Origin: an uncultured Clostridia bacterium
Lineage (GTDB): Bacteria > Bacillota > Clostridia > Oscillospirales > Ruminococcaceae
Assembly (NCBI GenBank): GCA_947588805.1
Contig: CANPYR010000006.1
Coordinates: forward strand, 7,595-71,594
Direction: 5' to 3'
DNA: 64,000 nt
A program made the position numbers and the translations under genes. The notes below the pieces were generated by a model. The model was not told the origin of the DNA. It did not search any database and saw only the letters and a list, made by a program, of their open reading frames with translations. Below, piece after piece: positions 8,877-19,087 of the stretch; the first letter of the stretch is position 1, and each line of letters begins with the position of its first letter.

Positions 8877-8906
8877 TTGAAATGTTTCACCGTTTTGTTA
8901 TATTAT
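8877..8906 (+). promoter_or_regulatory. Candidate promoter TTGAAA-N18-TATTAT for the pilin-like gene
   Basis: Direct reading. About 100 nt upstream of ATG 9004. Confidence 0.45.
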
Positions 8907-9003
8907 AGTAAGGGAAAGTATGATTATAAGCCCCGCACTGTCGGTTTTTTTGTAAGATTAGCCGGCGGCTTCGGCGTGGCTTTTCGGAAAAGAGGACTGT
9001 GAA

Positions 9004-11748
9004 ATGCGGGACCGTAAGGGGTTTACCTATGTCGAGCTGCTGACCGTTTTGGCGATTTTGGCTGTAGTCGCTCTTACGGTTATGCCCTACGCGGCTTCCG
9101 AACAGAAGAGAATAAGACTTAAAATGCTCGACGATCAGGCTCACGCGCTCTATATGGAGTGCCAGCATAAGCTTTACAGCCTTGATTCGGCGGGAGAGCT
9201 CGGAGGGATCCGTAGCCTTTCAAACGCCACCGAGTCCGAGACGGAATATATTTTGTTCGAACAGGATTCGGAAGCGCTGAGCGATCTTACGGAGAGAAAA
9301 TTCGGATTTAAAAGCGCGATACTTGAATATTACGTTAATTCTCCTACAGTTCCGATTGTGAGGAGAGTTTATTATTCCGACAGCATGAGCCCGGAGCAGC
9401 TTGAGATACTTTATAAAAATCTCGGATATAAAATTGACGGGGACTTTCGGGAAAGATATATGATAGGATACAGCGGGGACGACGGGGTTCAGGAATTTCC
9501 GGAGCCGTTTCCTTACCGCCTGATACCGAAGATAAAGGTCATAAACGACGAGGAGCTGTATCTTGAAATAAGCTCCGACGACATTCCGAAGGACGATGAG
9601 AACTTAAGCGTTTCAGTGAATCTTTACGCGGTGAATCCCGACGGCGGCAGGGGAAGCTTTATAAGAAACGTCTCTACCGAGAGAACCGTTCCGGGGTACG
9701 ATCCCGAGGATATGTTCGATCCAGATAATAAAGTGCTTTTTCGCGCGCTTATAGATTCCGCGCAGTACGGAGGAACGGCATTTGCGGAGCTGAACCCGGG
9801 CTATACAGGGGTAAAGGTCGAAGCGGAAGCGGTAATTACATATGTGAAGACGGATAAAAGCGGCGGGGTGATCCGAAAAACATCAGAGGAGGACGCAAAG
9901 AAAGCCTCGGTAATTTTTGACCCGATGTTTGAGGACCGCGATCAGGCGGCTTTTTTAGTTTCTAAGGTAAGACATCTTAACAACCTGAGATATTTAAGCG
10001 GAAGCATAAACGTAGCTCTGACCTCGGATATAGATTTTTCGGATCTCGTTTCGCCTAAGTTTTATCGCGATACCGTCTCCCACAGCCTTTCGCTGACGCC
10101 TATATCTCTTAAGACGGGCGGCTTCACTGGAAGCTTCGACGGGCGAGGGCATATAATAAAGAATATAGTTTTAAACCCGTCCGGCGAACTGTTCGGGCTT
10201 TTTACCGAGATAAAGAGCGGGAGCGCGGTAAGAAATCTGCATTTGAGCGGGAGCGTAATTCTTGACGCGGGGGATTCAAAAATCGCCGGAGCGATATGCG
10301 GAAGACTTTGCTCGGGAGCGACCGTAGAGAACTGTTCGGTATCGGAAATAAAGATAAGAGCAGAAAGTCCCGGGACGGTCGGAGGGATAGCCGGCGAGTG
10401 CCTTGGAGAAATAAAAGGCTGCAGCGCGATATTTGAAGAATTAAAAGCAGGAATCGGTTCAACCGTAGGAGCAATAACAGGAAAACTCCTCGGCGGGACC
10501 GTTTTTTTATCCCACAGCGGCGGGAAGATCATATCCGGCTCCGGCTCGGAGCTTAACGGGATAGCCGGAGGAACCGACGGGATAATAAGAAACTGCTACA
10601 GCGAATGCAGTACGGGATATATTAACGGCTCGGAATTTTACGCGCTGGGAAGCGTGACATGCAAAAATTCTCAGGCTGCGGCGGAATGCTCCTGGATAAG
10701 CATAGGGAAAGAGGAGCGCTTGCCGAGGGACGATATTTCTGTCCCGGGATTTGATACCGCGTACAGGCGTTACAGAAACGGGGAGATATATTCGGGCTTT
10801 GCAATTCCGGAGAGCGTTAAAACGGATTACGGGCCGACAAGATTCGGAAGCGACGCGCTGCCAGAGCCGAGAGGACTTATAGGGATAGTTAAAGTAAGAT
10901 ATGACGGCGGGAACGGATATGAATATGAATTGCGGGAAAGCTTCGACGGTTACGGAAACGACTCCGAAAATTTTCCGAGGATAGAATGGTACAGTCCTCG
11001 CGACGGCGAAGAGAGATATTATATTTTCAGAAACGCTTTTTCCTATCCCGAGGGCGGGGAGGACGGCTGGGAGGTAATTACCGACGGCGAGCTGAGCGAT
11101 GAGGGGACAACGGATTTTTATGTGTATATGAGGGTAACGGATACCGAGCTGGTGACTCTGAGGTTCGGGGATACGGCGCGGGACGTTGAGATTGAGGAGA
11201 GGGAGGAAGAGGAAGAAGTAAAGGAAAAGGGCAGCTTCGGTCTGGCGGCGGTGATGTATGACGAGTGGGCGGGATTTGACGAGTATACTTTTTCACCGAT
11301 CCCCGGCTACGTATTTTATTATCAGTACTTTGACGAGACAGGGCAGATACGCTTACGAGACGGCGGCGACAGCAGAGATCCCGCGGATATCCTGCCATGG
11401 CTTGAGGAGTTCAGCTTTAACGATCCCGAGGATTTGCAGACAAAAATCTTTATCTTCTGGACGAAAACCCTTGAATGCAAGAAAAGCTGGGACATAGAGG
11501 AACTTGACATAGACGGCGAGATACAATATTATTTCAGCGGCGAAGGCGCGGAGCCGTACGAGGATTCGACAGGCGTGAAATATATGGTTTACGAGCTCGG
11601 AGATTTCAGCGCGTATGAAGACTACGGAAGATTCAGCGCGACGTTTAACGCCCCGGGCTGGGAAAAGAGCAGAAAGCTCACAGTTTACGCGAGGGAGTCT
11701 CCGGGAGAGGGGATATACATTCCGCAGTTTGAGGGTTCCGGGCCTTAG
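9004..11748 (+). CDS. Very large protein with a prepilin-type N-terminal cleavage/methylation signal and GLUG-motif repeats
   Basis: 914 aa. The N-terminus MRDRKGFTYVELLTVLAILAVVAL has G-1/F+1/E+5 followed by a hydrophobic helix. The central region carries GLUG-like repeats (GLFTEI, GGIAGEC, NGIAGGTDGIIRNCYS). The C-terminal part is acidic. Confidence 0.8.
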   Translation: MRDRKGFTYVELLTVLAILAVVALTVMPYAASEQKRIRLKMLDDQAHALYMECQHKLYSLDSAGELGGIRSLSNATESETEYILFEQDSEALSDLTERKFGFKSAILEYYVNSPTVPIVRRVYYSDSMSPEQLEILYKNLGYKIDGDFRERYMIGYSGDDGVQEFPEPFPYRLIPKIKVINDEELYLEISSDDIPKDDENLSVSVNLYAVNPDGGRGSFIRNVSTERTVPGYDPEDMFDPDNKVLFRALIDSAQYGGTAFAELNPGYTGVKVEAEAVITYVKTDKSGGVIRKTSEEDAKKASVIFDPMFEDRDQAAFLVSKVRHLNNLRYLSGSINVALTSDIDFSDLVSPKFYRDTVSHSLSLTPISLKTGGFTGSFDGRGHIIKNIVLNPSGELFGLFTEIKSGSAVRNLHLSGSVILDAGDSKIAGAICGRLCSGATVENCSVSEIKIRAESPGTVGGIAGECLGEIKGCSAIFEELKAGIGSTVGAITGKLLGGTVFLSHSGGKIISGSGSELNGIAGGTDGIIRNCYSECSTGYINGSEFYALGSVTCKNSQAAAECSWISIGKEERLPRDDISVPGFDTAYRRYRNGEIYSGFAIPESVKTDYGPTRFGSDALPEPRGLIGIVKVRYDGGNGYEYELRESFDGYGNDSENFPRIEWYSPRDGEERYYIFRNAFSYPEGGEDGWEVITDGELSDEGTTDFYVYMRVTDTELVTLRFGDTARDVEIEEREEEEEVKEKGSFGLAAVMYDEWAGFDEYTFSPIPGYVFYYQYFDETGQIRLRDGGDSRDPADILPWLEEFSFNDPEDLQTKIFIFWTKTLECKKSWDIEELDIDGEIQYYFSGEGAEPYEDSTGVKYMVYELGDFSAYEDYGRFSATFNAPGWEKSRKLTVYARESPGEGIYIPQFEGSGP

Positions 11749-11867
11749 TCGGCATGAAAAACCGCCTGCTTTTCACCGTAAAACCGGTGAAGCGAGCGGG
11801 TCCCGGATACAAAAACAGCCGCCGGGATCCCCGACGGCTTTATCATTATAACTATATGACTATATAA

Positions 11868-13928
11868 CTATTCCTCCGCTCCCGGAATCTCCGGCGGTTG
11901 TCCTTCTGATCCCTCCGGCGGTTCGGGCGGCTGACCGTTCATGCCTTCCATACCCTCCATGCCTTCCGGAATTTCCGGCGGCCGGCCGTTTCCGTTCATT
12001 TCTCCCTCATGGCGACCCATGCCGCCCATCGGGTTCTGCTTGCCTTCGCCCTTCATACCTCCGAAGCGCCCGGCTTCTCCGAACATCTGTCCTCCGCGCG
12101 TTCCTCCGATCCCTATCGTTCCGTAGGTGTTAAGCCCTTCGGTCAAAGTCATGGAAGTGAGCTCGGTACCGCCGGAATAGCTTCCTCCCTCGCATACGCA
12201 ATAGTTTGTCTCGCCCGAGTATTTTCCTCCGTAGGAAACGGTATAGGTCTCTCCCGCAGTCAGATCCGGGGCGCTGAATACGATATTTCCGATATCCTTA
12301 TCCGTCCTGAAGACGTATTCCTTGCCGCCGCCCGAAATCGAGATATAGCTTCCCGACTTCACCGTTTCGTCAAAGGAAACCGAAAGCGTGTTCGCGTTCG
12401 GATTGTCGGGAGCCTGAGCCATTCCCTTAGAGCCGGCGGCGAAGAGGATCCCGCCGTCCATATAGAAATCGCCGTTGTAATCTATCGCTCCGTCGCCGTC
12501 GGATACGGGTCCCGAGACGATAAGCGTGCCGCCTGACATATAGATGTCGCCGTTAGAGTCTATTCCGTCGCCCTGAGAGTTTATATATACGAACCCGCCG
12601 GAGATCCCGAGATAAGACCCGTCGCTCTCGAACATCCCCATCATACCGGTCTCTCCGCTCGAATCGTTGCCGCCCGAAGCGTTGATTCCGTCGTCGTCGG
12701 CTATGATATAGACTTCGCCGCCCGAGATCTCGATAAGCGCGCCCTCAAGCCCCTCGTGGCAGTCAGGCATTTCGATCCTTCCGCCGTTTATATAGATATT
12801 TAAATCAGAGTGAACTGCGTCGTCGCCGGTAGCTATCGAAAGCGTGCCGCCGTTGAATTTTATATCTCCTGCCGCATGGAAAGCGTCGTCGGCGGTATTT
12901 ATAACTATTGTGCCGCTGTTTACGGTTATCCCGCTAAGATTTGATTTTATGCCTTTAAGAGACGAGTCGGAGGGAGCGCTGTCCGCGCCGTTTGATCCCG
13001 CAGTCAGGCTCATAGAGCAGTTTTCAATCGTTATCCCGCGCTCGGTCTGGACGCAGTCGCCGCCCGTGGATGAAAGATAGATATTTGAATCGGTAAGGCT
13101 TGCCCAGCCAAGACTCGAATCGTTTTCCTGAGTCGAGCGGAGACAGTCGCCGGCCGCCGATACTTTCACCGTGGAATTCTGAACGGTAAGGCTGTCCTTG
13201 CCGTTAATTCCGTTATTTTTCGCGGTCACGTCTACTGTGGTATTTATGATCTTAAGGGTATCCTTGCTTATTATCCCGGAATTAAAGTTCGCGTTTACTT
13301 TTAAAGAACCGGTCCCTCGGATGATAAGATCACCCTTAGAGAATATGCAAGCGTCCGGCTCCTCGTCGGGAGCGCTGCAATATTCAAGGCTGTAATTATA
13401 CTGCTCCCCGTCGGTAAAGACGTTCTCGGTGGTCTTATTAAGAAGAAGCGTGACCGAAGCCGCCTTATACACATAAAGAGGAGAGCTGTCAGAGCAGGTT
13501 ACGTTCACGCCGTCAAGTATAAGGACTACGTCCTGACCCTTAGCGCTGACGACTATTCTTCCGTCGGTAAGAGTGCCGGAGAGCCTATAGATACCGCTCT
13601 GGACGATAAGAAGAGTATTGCCGGAAGCCGCCGCGCCCTGTCCTTCGACAGAAATTTCCGAGCCATTGAAAGTAACTACGGTATCGCCCTGCTCGTCGGT
13701 CTGCTGAACCGGGGTGGTAGCGTCGGGGAGGGAGGACTGATCTATCAGCTCAAGCTGACTTGAATTCTGGACCGCGTTATCGCCGCCAAGGATATCGTCC
13801 TTTATCCCGGAAATGATCCCGCCGCCCTCGGGAGCCCAGAACACCATCATAGCGACGGCGAGGACGATAACGAGGACCGCGACGAGGATAATAGCGGGAG
13901 CGGCTGATTTTTTCTTTTTATATGACAT
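11868..13928 (-). CDS. Membrane-anchored beta-helix carbohydrate-binding protein (Cthe_2159 family-like)
   Basis: 686 aa. N-terminal TM helix. Family-typical segments SGTLTDGRIVVSA, DACIFSKGDLIIRGTGSLKVNANFNSGIISKD, DDGINASGG, GDGIDSNGD. G/M/P/E-rich low-complexity tail. Family assignment is from memory. Confidence 0.75.
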   Translation of the reverse strand: MSYKKKKSAAPAIILVAVLVIVLAVAMMVFWAPEGGGIISGIKDDILGGDNAVQNSSQLELIDQSSLPDATTPVQQTDEQGDTVVTFNGSEISVEGQGAAASGNTLLIVQSGIYRLSGTLTDGRIVVSAKGQDVVLILDGVNVTCSDSSPLYVYKAASVTLLLNKTTENVFTDGEQYNYSLEYCSAPDEEPDACIFSKGDLIIRGTGSLKVNANFNSGIISKDTLKIINTTVDVTAKNNGINGKDSLTVQNSTVKVSAAGDCLRSTQENDSSLGWASLTDSNIYLSSTGGDCVQTERGITIENCSMSLTAGSNGADSAPSDSSLKGIKSNLSGITVNSGTIVINTADDAFHAAGDIKFNGGTLSIATGDDAVHSDLNIYINGGRIEMPDCHEGLEGALIEISGGEVYIIADDDGINASGGNDSSGETGMMGMFESDGSYLGISGGFVYINSQGDGIDSNGDIYMSGGTLIVSGPVSDGDGAIDYNGDFYMDGGILFAAGSKGMAQAPDNPNANTLSVSFDETVKSGSYISISGGGKEYVFRTDKDIGNIVFSAPDLTAGETYTVSYGGKYSGETNYCVCEGGSYSGGTELTSMTLTEGLNTYGTIGIGGTRGGQMFGEAGRFGGMKGEGKQNPMGGMGRHEGEMNGNGRPPEIPEGMEGMEGMNGQPPEPPEGSEGQPPEIPGAEE

Positions 13929-14266
13929 ATAAATACCTCCGGAAGCTGGAAATACAGATGATAAAAATAGGATGTGAAGAGGGAAGAGTTTATATTACAA
14001 TTATACCAGAATTTTTTGAGATGTCAACGCAATTTATAAAATTTCATAATTTGAAAATCGCGGGAGGGGATGTGGAGATCGGATGGAGAAAATGTGATTT
14101 TTTTGGTCTGCGCCCGCTCTCACACCCATCCACTGCATAAAAAAGAAAAGCCCCAAAGCCAAGGACTTTCCCGTAAAATCTCTCCGTCGCTCCCCTTTAC
14201 CCCTCCGTCACGGGGAGCCCCAGTTTCACACATATTTCAAAATCTCGCCGAAAGCGAACCCCCGGG

Positions 14267-14301
14267 AATTCTGATATCTGATTTCTGACCTCTGACTTCT
14301 T
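14267..14301. repeat. 7-nt array (CTGAY-type)
   Basis: aattctgatatctgatttctgacctctgacttctt, followed by the GC hairpin gccgcggccgagccgcggc. Lies 3' of the 14327 gene. Confidence 0.85.
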
Positions 14302-14326
14302 GCCGCGGCCGAGCCGCGGCACGGCC

Positions 14327-15697
14327 TTACCACTTATCGTTCTTCGACTGGTACCTCTGCACGCCGTATTGCTTCGCGCGCTTTTTATTCGCTTTTCCTA
14401 CCGCTATCTTCAGTACTATTATCAGCAAAGTATAGATAAGAAAAAATGCGACCGAAAACTTTGCGGCGTCGAAAAATTCCTTCGAGCCGATGAAGCTCTG
14501 CGCTACCGCGATCATCTCCTTCTGCTCGGATCTCGCTACATCCGCTGTCGCGACAAGATTTATTACCGCCATCGTCTCGCCGCCGTACTGCAGCTCCATC
14601 GTCCCCAAAATCTCGCCCTTTTTGACCGGCGCGATCACGTTGTCCTTAAGATCTATTACGCGGTGTACGCTGTCCGCGGGAACGTTGGTGTTCCAGACCC
14701 TTGAATATTCTTCCTCCGGTCTTACTATCACATAATCCACCCCGTCTCCGTATTCGACCGGAACCTCCGCTATCTCCTCGGTGCCGGCTATGAGAGTTGT
14801 GTATGCAAAGCTTGAAAACGCCCACTCGTATATGTTCTTGTGGTCGATCATGTTATACATGACCTGGTTTCCGTCTGCGTCGTACTGCGGCGCGTTGAGG
14901 GTGACAAGAAGATAGCTGTAGCCGTCCTTATATGCGGTTGATATCAGGCATCTTCCCGCTTCGTCAAGCGTTCCGGTCTTTATTCCCTTAGCGTATTCGT
15001 AATAGTAATCGCTGCCCTTCATCATCATGGAATTTGTATGGCTGATGGTGCGCTGTTCGTGGTATGCGGTCTCCTCCATTTCATAGGTTGCGGAGCAGGC
15101 GATCTCGCTGAACATAGGAAGCGACAGGGCGTACTGAGTAAGTATCGCAAGGTCGTGGGCGGTGGTATAGTGATCCTCCCAGAAAAGACCGTGGGCGTTT
15201 GTGAAGTGCGAGTTCTGCATGCCGAGCTGCTGAGCTTTCAGATTCATCATATCCGCGAACGCCGAAAGGCTTCCGGCGACGTTCACTGCAAGAATATTAG
15301 CCGCCTCGCATGCGGAGCGGAGCATAAGAGCGTACAGAAGATCCTTGACCGAGACTTTCTCGCCGTTTCTTATATCCGCGGTCGATGCGCCGGTAAGATA
15401 AAGCTCGTCGAAGCATTCATACCCGCCGGACCAGTAAGTGGAGGACAGCGCGGGGATGTTGTCCATGAACTGCTCAAGAACTATTACCGCGGTCATAATC
15501 TTAGTAAGCGAAGCAGGCGTGAGCTTTACGTCCGGGTTTATCGTGAAGACGGCTTCCCCGGTATCCATATTATAAAGATATACCGCTTCGGAGTAAATTT
15601 CAAAATCCGGTGTAAAGGTAACTGCGGAAAGCTGCGAGGCCGCAAAGATAAATATTATAGCCGCGGCGATCGCTGCGGAAATTATTCTTTTGAACAT
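14327..15697 (-). CDS. D-alanyl-D-alanine carboxypeptidase (PBP5/DacB-like, S11 family) with a C-terminal membrane anchor
   Basis: Signal peptide. SxxK as SLTK and KTG as IKTGT are present. SxN is a variant (SAC). Start moved from GTG 15706 to ATG 15697. Confidence 0.9.
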   Translation of the reverse strand: MFKRIISAAIAAAIIFIFAASQLSAVTFTPDFEIYSEAVYLYNMDTGEAVFTINPDVKLTPASLTKIMTAVIVLEQFMDNIPALSSTYWSGGYECFDELYLTGASTADIRNGEKVSVKDLLYALMLRSACEAANILAVNVAGSLSAFADMMNLKAQQLGMQNSHFTNAHGLFWEDHYTTAHDLAILTQYALSLPMFSEIACSATYEMEETAYHEQRTISHTNSMMMKGSDYYYEYAKGIKTGTLDEAGRCLISTAYKDGYSYLLVTLNAPQYDADGNQVMYNMIDHKNIYEWAFSSFAYTTLIAGTEEIAEVPVEYGDGVDYVIVRPEEEYSRVWNTNVPADSVHRVIDLKDNVIAPVKKGEILGTMELQYGGETMAVINLVATADVARSEQKEMIAVAQSFIGSKEFFDAAKFSVAFFLIYTLLIIVLKIAVGKANKKRAKQYGVQRYQSKNDKW

Positions 15698-15814
15698 CTG
15701 TATCACCCTGAATGCAAAAGTGTTTTGGTTTTAATACTGTCCGGTATAATAATATCACAAAAATCCCTGCGCGTAAAGAGGAAAATTATTAAAATTCAGT
15801 TACAAAGAGCGCGC

Positions 15815-15850
15815 ATAGAGGATAGAATGTCAGAGGGTTAGATGATAGAA
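15815..15850. repeat. Degenerate 7-nt array (ATAGARG/TCAGAGG/TTAGATG)
   Basis: atagaggatagaatgtcagagggttagatgatagaa. Confidence 0.7.
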
Positions 15851-15880
15851 ATAAAATAATCCGCAATTCACAGAGTACTT

Positions 15881-16906
15881 TTATTCCCAAGTCTCCTCCG
15901 GCAGTCCCTCCAAAAACGCCTTCATCTCGCCCGCCATCTCCTTCTGCTCAGAATATCTCGGATGTCCCGGAGTAGCTGTCCCGGTGCGGGAATACATAAA
16001 GTGATAAGCCTTGTTTTCAATGCCGCCGAGACGGTCCTTTATCTCCTCAAGCGCGTCGTCCCAGATCCTGTCATGCCCTAAAACCGTCAGCGCTAAAACT
16101 ACTGTCGCCTTTGGCGCGTGCGAGCGAACGGCGTTTATTATCTCGATATACTTTCCGAGCCACGCTTCGCGCTTTTCCGGCTTTTTAAGCATATCCGGAT
16201 CAGGATTCGCGTCGTTTTGACCTATGGCGAAGATTATCACGTGCGGAACGAATCCGAAATCCCAGTCGCTCTCGGGGCGGTAGCTCGAGTACCTGCACTT
16301 GTCATAGCATGACTCCATACCCTTGGTATTCGGCATTTCAAACCATCCCGTCCCGTCTAAGATAGCAATCCCGCCCTGCGAGGTATCGTAAACCTCGGCC
16401 GGAAGCTCTCTTGCCAAGATCTGCGGGTAAGCGTGCCAAGCGTTATCGAATTGCCCGCAGTGTTCGGGATCCGTTTTTCCGGCGTATTCCTCGCAGTCCA
16501 CGACCGAGCCTGCGGAAACGCTGTCGCCGTAGACTTCAATGCGCTTGTCCGGGGCTTTCGGAAGATCCAAAAGCTCGCCGTCGGTTTCAAGCGATTCCAC
16601 GGTAAAGTAGTGCCCCTCCATTCGCTTGTAGATAACGACAGAGTGATCGGTAAGCGGAAGATTTTCGGCGATTTTTATGTAAACTTTTCCGGAGCCGCCG
16701 ATAAAGAACTTTTTTTCTTCGCCGTCAATGACCGCGCCGAGGATAGAATCTGCGCCGAAGTTGTCGTTAAAGCCGTTAAGGGACAGATTAGTTCCTCTGA
16801 AGCGGAAGGAAACGGCGGTTCCCGGCCATGTGAGAACGATCGAGCCGTTCTCAACGCTTACGCGCCCGGTAAAACGGATTTTTTCGGATACGGGACTGAA
16901 ATTCAT
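15881..16906 (-). CDS. SGNH/GDSL-family esterase (carbohydrate-esterase-like)
   Basis: 341 aa. Blocks VYGDSVSAGS and GQNDAN. N-terminal beta-sandwich-like region. AGGAGG RBS. Confidence 0.8.
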   Translation of the reverse strand: MNFSPVSEKIRFTGRVSVENGSIVLTWPGTAVSFRFRGTNLSLNGFNDNFGADSILGAVIDGEEKKFFIGGSGKVYIKIAENLPLTDHSVVIYKRMEGHYFTVESLETDGELLDLPKAPDKRIEVYGDSVSAGSVVDCEEYAGKTDPEHCGQFDNAWHAYPQILARELPAEVYDTSQGGIAILDGTGWFEMPNTKGMESCYDKCRYSSYRPESDWDFGFVPHVIIFAIGQNDANPDPDMLKKPEKREAWLGKYIEIINAVRSHAPKATVVLALTVLGHDRIWDDALEEIKDRLGGIENKAYHFMYSRTGTATPGHPRYSEQKEMAGEMKAFLEGLPEETWE

Positions 16907-17202
16907 ATAGTTTACCTCCTGATAAATTTAGAGTTGGAACGGGGGATTTAAGCGTAGGACGCTGCGGGAATAGGAATAAAAGCAAAGATGACCGAAGCGG
17001 CCGGCGGCAGTTACTCCAAATTCGGCAAATCCGCGCCTTCGCCTCTTTCTAACACCATTATATCTCAACTCCGCGCAAATTTCAACACATTTTTTAATTT
17101 CCCTGCAAATTTGCTATTGAAAAATTCCGCGACTTGTTATATAATATATTGGTCAAAAAATGTCCGGTATAGCCGACGGATAAGATTGAAAGAGGTTTTT
17201 TC

Positions 17203-19086
17203 ATGGACTTTGCAGATATAGACAGAGATTTCAGATACGACGGGGAGCTCGGAGCGGAGCCGGGAGAGGATTCCACTTCCTTTTCGGTTTGGGCTCCGGC
17301 GGCCGAAGAGGTGGAGCTAAGACTATATTCCTCTCAGGAAACCGCGGAATTTCAGGCCTTTCGGATGATAAGGGGAGGAGACGGCGTATACAGAACCGTT
17401 ATACCGAAAAATCTTTGCGGGACTTATTATACCTACGCTTACACCTATAACGGAGAGACGAAAGAGAATATAGATATCTATGCCAGGGCCTGCGGGATAA
17501 ACGGGAAAAGAGGGTATATCGCTGACCTTCGCAAAACGGACCCGTTCGGCTGGGAAAAGGAAAAATACGTTACTGCCGAAAGCCCGACGGACGCGGTTAT
17601 ATATGAAATTTCGGTGAGGGATTTTTCTTCGGACCGGTCCTCGCAGATAGCCCCGAGCGCGAGGGGGATGTACGCGGCGTTCTATGACAGGTATTCTCGG
17701 CTTCCGTCCGGAGTCCCGACCTGCTTGGGACATCTTAAGGAATTAGGTATCACTCACGTCCAGCTTATGCCGGTGTTTGATTTCGAGGGCGTAGACGAAA
17801 GGGATCCCGGCTCGGAATATAACTGGGGCTACAATCCCGCAAACTATAATATCCCGGACGGCTCCTATTCAAGAGAACCGCACGTCCCGGAGAGAAGGGT
17901 GAACGAGCTTAAAAAGCTCGTCCAGGCGCTCCACAGAGAGGGTATAGGCGTGGTTATGGACGTGGTATACAATCACACCTACAGAACCGAGGATTCCGCT
18001 CTGAGCTCCGCTTTTCCGAAATATTACTACCGCGCCGACGGGGAAGGAAATTATTCTAACGGCTCGGGGTGCGGAAACGAGCTTGCTTCCGAGCGGGCTA
18101 TGGTGAGAAAGTATATCGTGGATTCCGTCCTCTTTTGGGCGAAGGAATATAAGATAGACGGCTTCAGGTTCGATCTTATGGGCGTTTTGGATACCGAGAC
18201 CGTGAACGAGATCTCAAGGCGGCTTCATGAGATAAATCCCTGCGCGCTTATCTACGGCGAGGGCTGGACCGGAGGGAGAATAGCCCTGCCTAACGATTTA
18301 GCTGCTATGCAGTATAACGCGAACCGAGTTCCGGGGATAGGATTTTTCAACGACGGCTTCCGGGACGCTATTAAGGGCGATACGTTTTCGGACGAGGGGC
18401 TTGGGTATATAAGCGGGAACTATCATTTCAGACAGACCATACTAAACGGTCTTTTGGGGCATTCCGGGTGGGCGACTTCTCCGGTGCAGATCATAAACTA
18501 CTGCGAAGCGCATGACAATCTCACTCTTTGGGACAAGCTTTCGGTCTCGGTCGGAGCTTGCTCCGAGGAGGACAGAAAGAAGATGTCGAGACTTGCAATG
18601 TTTTTGGTGCTGACCGCTCAGGGGATACCGTTTTTGCACGGCGGCCAGGACTTTCTCCGATCGAAGCCGCTCGGGACCTTTATATATGATCACAACTCCT
18701 ATAATTCTCCGGATATAGTGAATTCGATAAAGTGGAATATGCTTGAAAAGAATATACGCGAGTCGGAATACTGCTGCGGGCTTATCAAGTTCAGAAAGAA
18801 ACATTCCGCGTTCAGGATGAGGAGCTTTGAGGAGATAAATTCCTCCGCGGAGGTCATTTCATCCCCCGACGGCACCATAGCTTTAAGGCTCAGGACCGAG
18901 CCGGAGGACGTTCTGATACTTGTTAATCCTATACCGAGGGCAAAGATGATAATGCTTCCCGACGGCGAGTGGTATCTTCACGTCAGCGACGTAGGGTGCT
19001 CAGAAAAGCCTATGGCTACCTACTGCGAGGGAGTCATAGTCCCGCCGATCTCGGGTATGATACTTATAAGAAAGAAGGAAAACTGA
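17203..19086 (+). CDS. pulA: Type I pullulanase (GH13)
   Basis: 627 aa. YNWGYNP, VVMDVVYNHT, DGFRFDLMG, YGEGW, YCEAHDN. Confidence 0.9.
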   Translation: MDFADIDRDFRYDGELGAEPGEDSTSFSVWAPAAEEVELRLYSSQETAEFQAFRMIRGGDGVYRTVIPKNLCGTYYTYAYTYNGETKENIDIYARACGINGKRGYIADLRKTDPFGWEKEKYVTAESPTDAVIYEISVRDFSSDRSSQIAPSARGMYAAFYDRYSRLPSGVPTCLGHLKELGITHVQLMPVFDFEGVDERDPGSEYNWGYNPANYNIPDGSYSREPHVPERRVNELKKLVQALHREGIGVVMDVVYNHTYRTEDSALSSAFPKYYYRADGEGNYSNGSGCGNELASERAMVRKYIVDSVLFWAKEYKIDGFRFDLMGVLDTETVNEISRRLHEINPCALIYGEGWTGGRIALPNDLAAMQYNANRVPGIGFFNDGFRDAIKGDTFSDEGLGYISGNYHFRQTILNGLLGHSGWATSPVQIINYCEAHDNLTLWDKLSVSVGACSEEDRKKMSRLAMFLVLTAQGIPFLHGGQDFLRSKPLGTFIYDHNSYNSPDIVNSIKWNMLEKNIRESEYCCGLIKFRKKHSAFRMRSFEEINSSAEVISSPDGTIALRLRTEPEDVLILVNPIPRAKMIMLPDGEWYLHVSDVGCSEKPMATYCEGVIVPPISGMILIRKKEN

Positions 19087-19087
19087 A

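Noticed and set aside
14327-15697. Possibility that the first PBP5-like protein is also a pseudo-enzyme (SxN reads SAC)
   Set aside because: SxxK (SLTK) and KTG are intact. A single variant motif is insufficient evidence.
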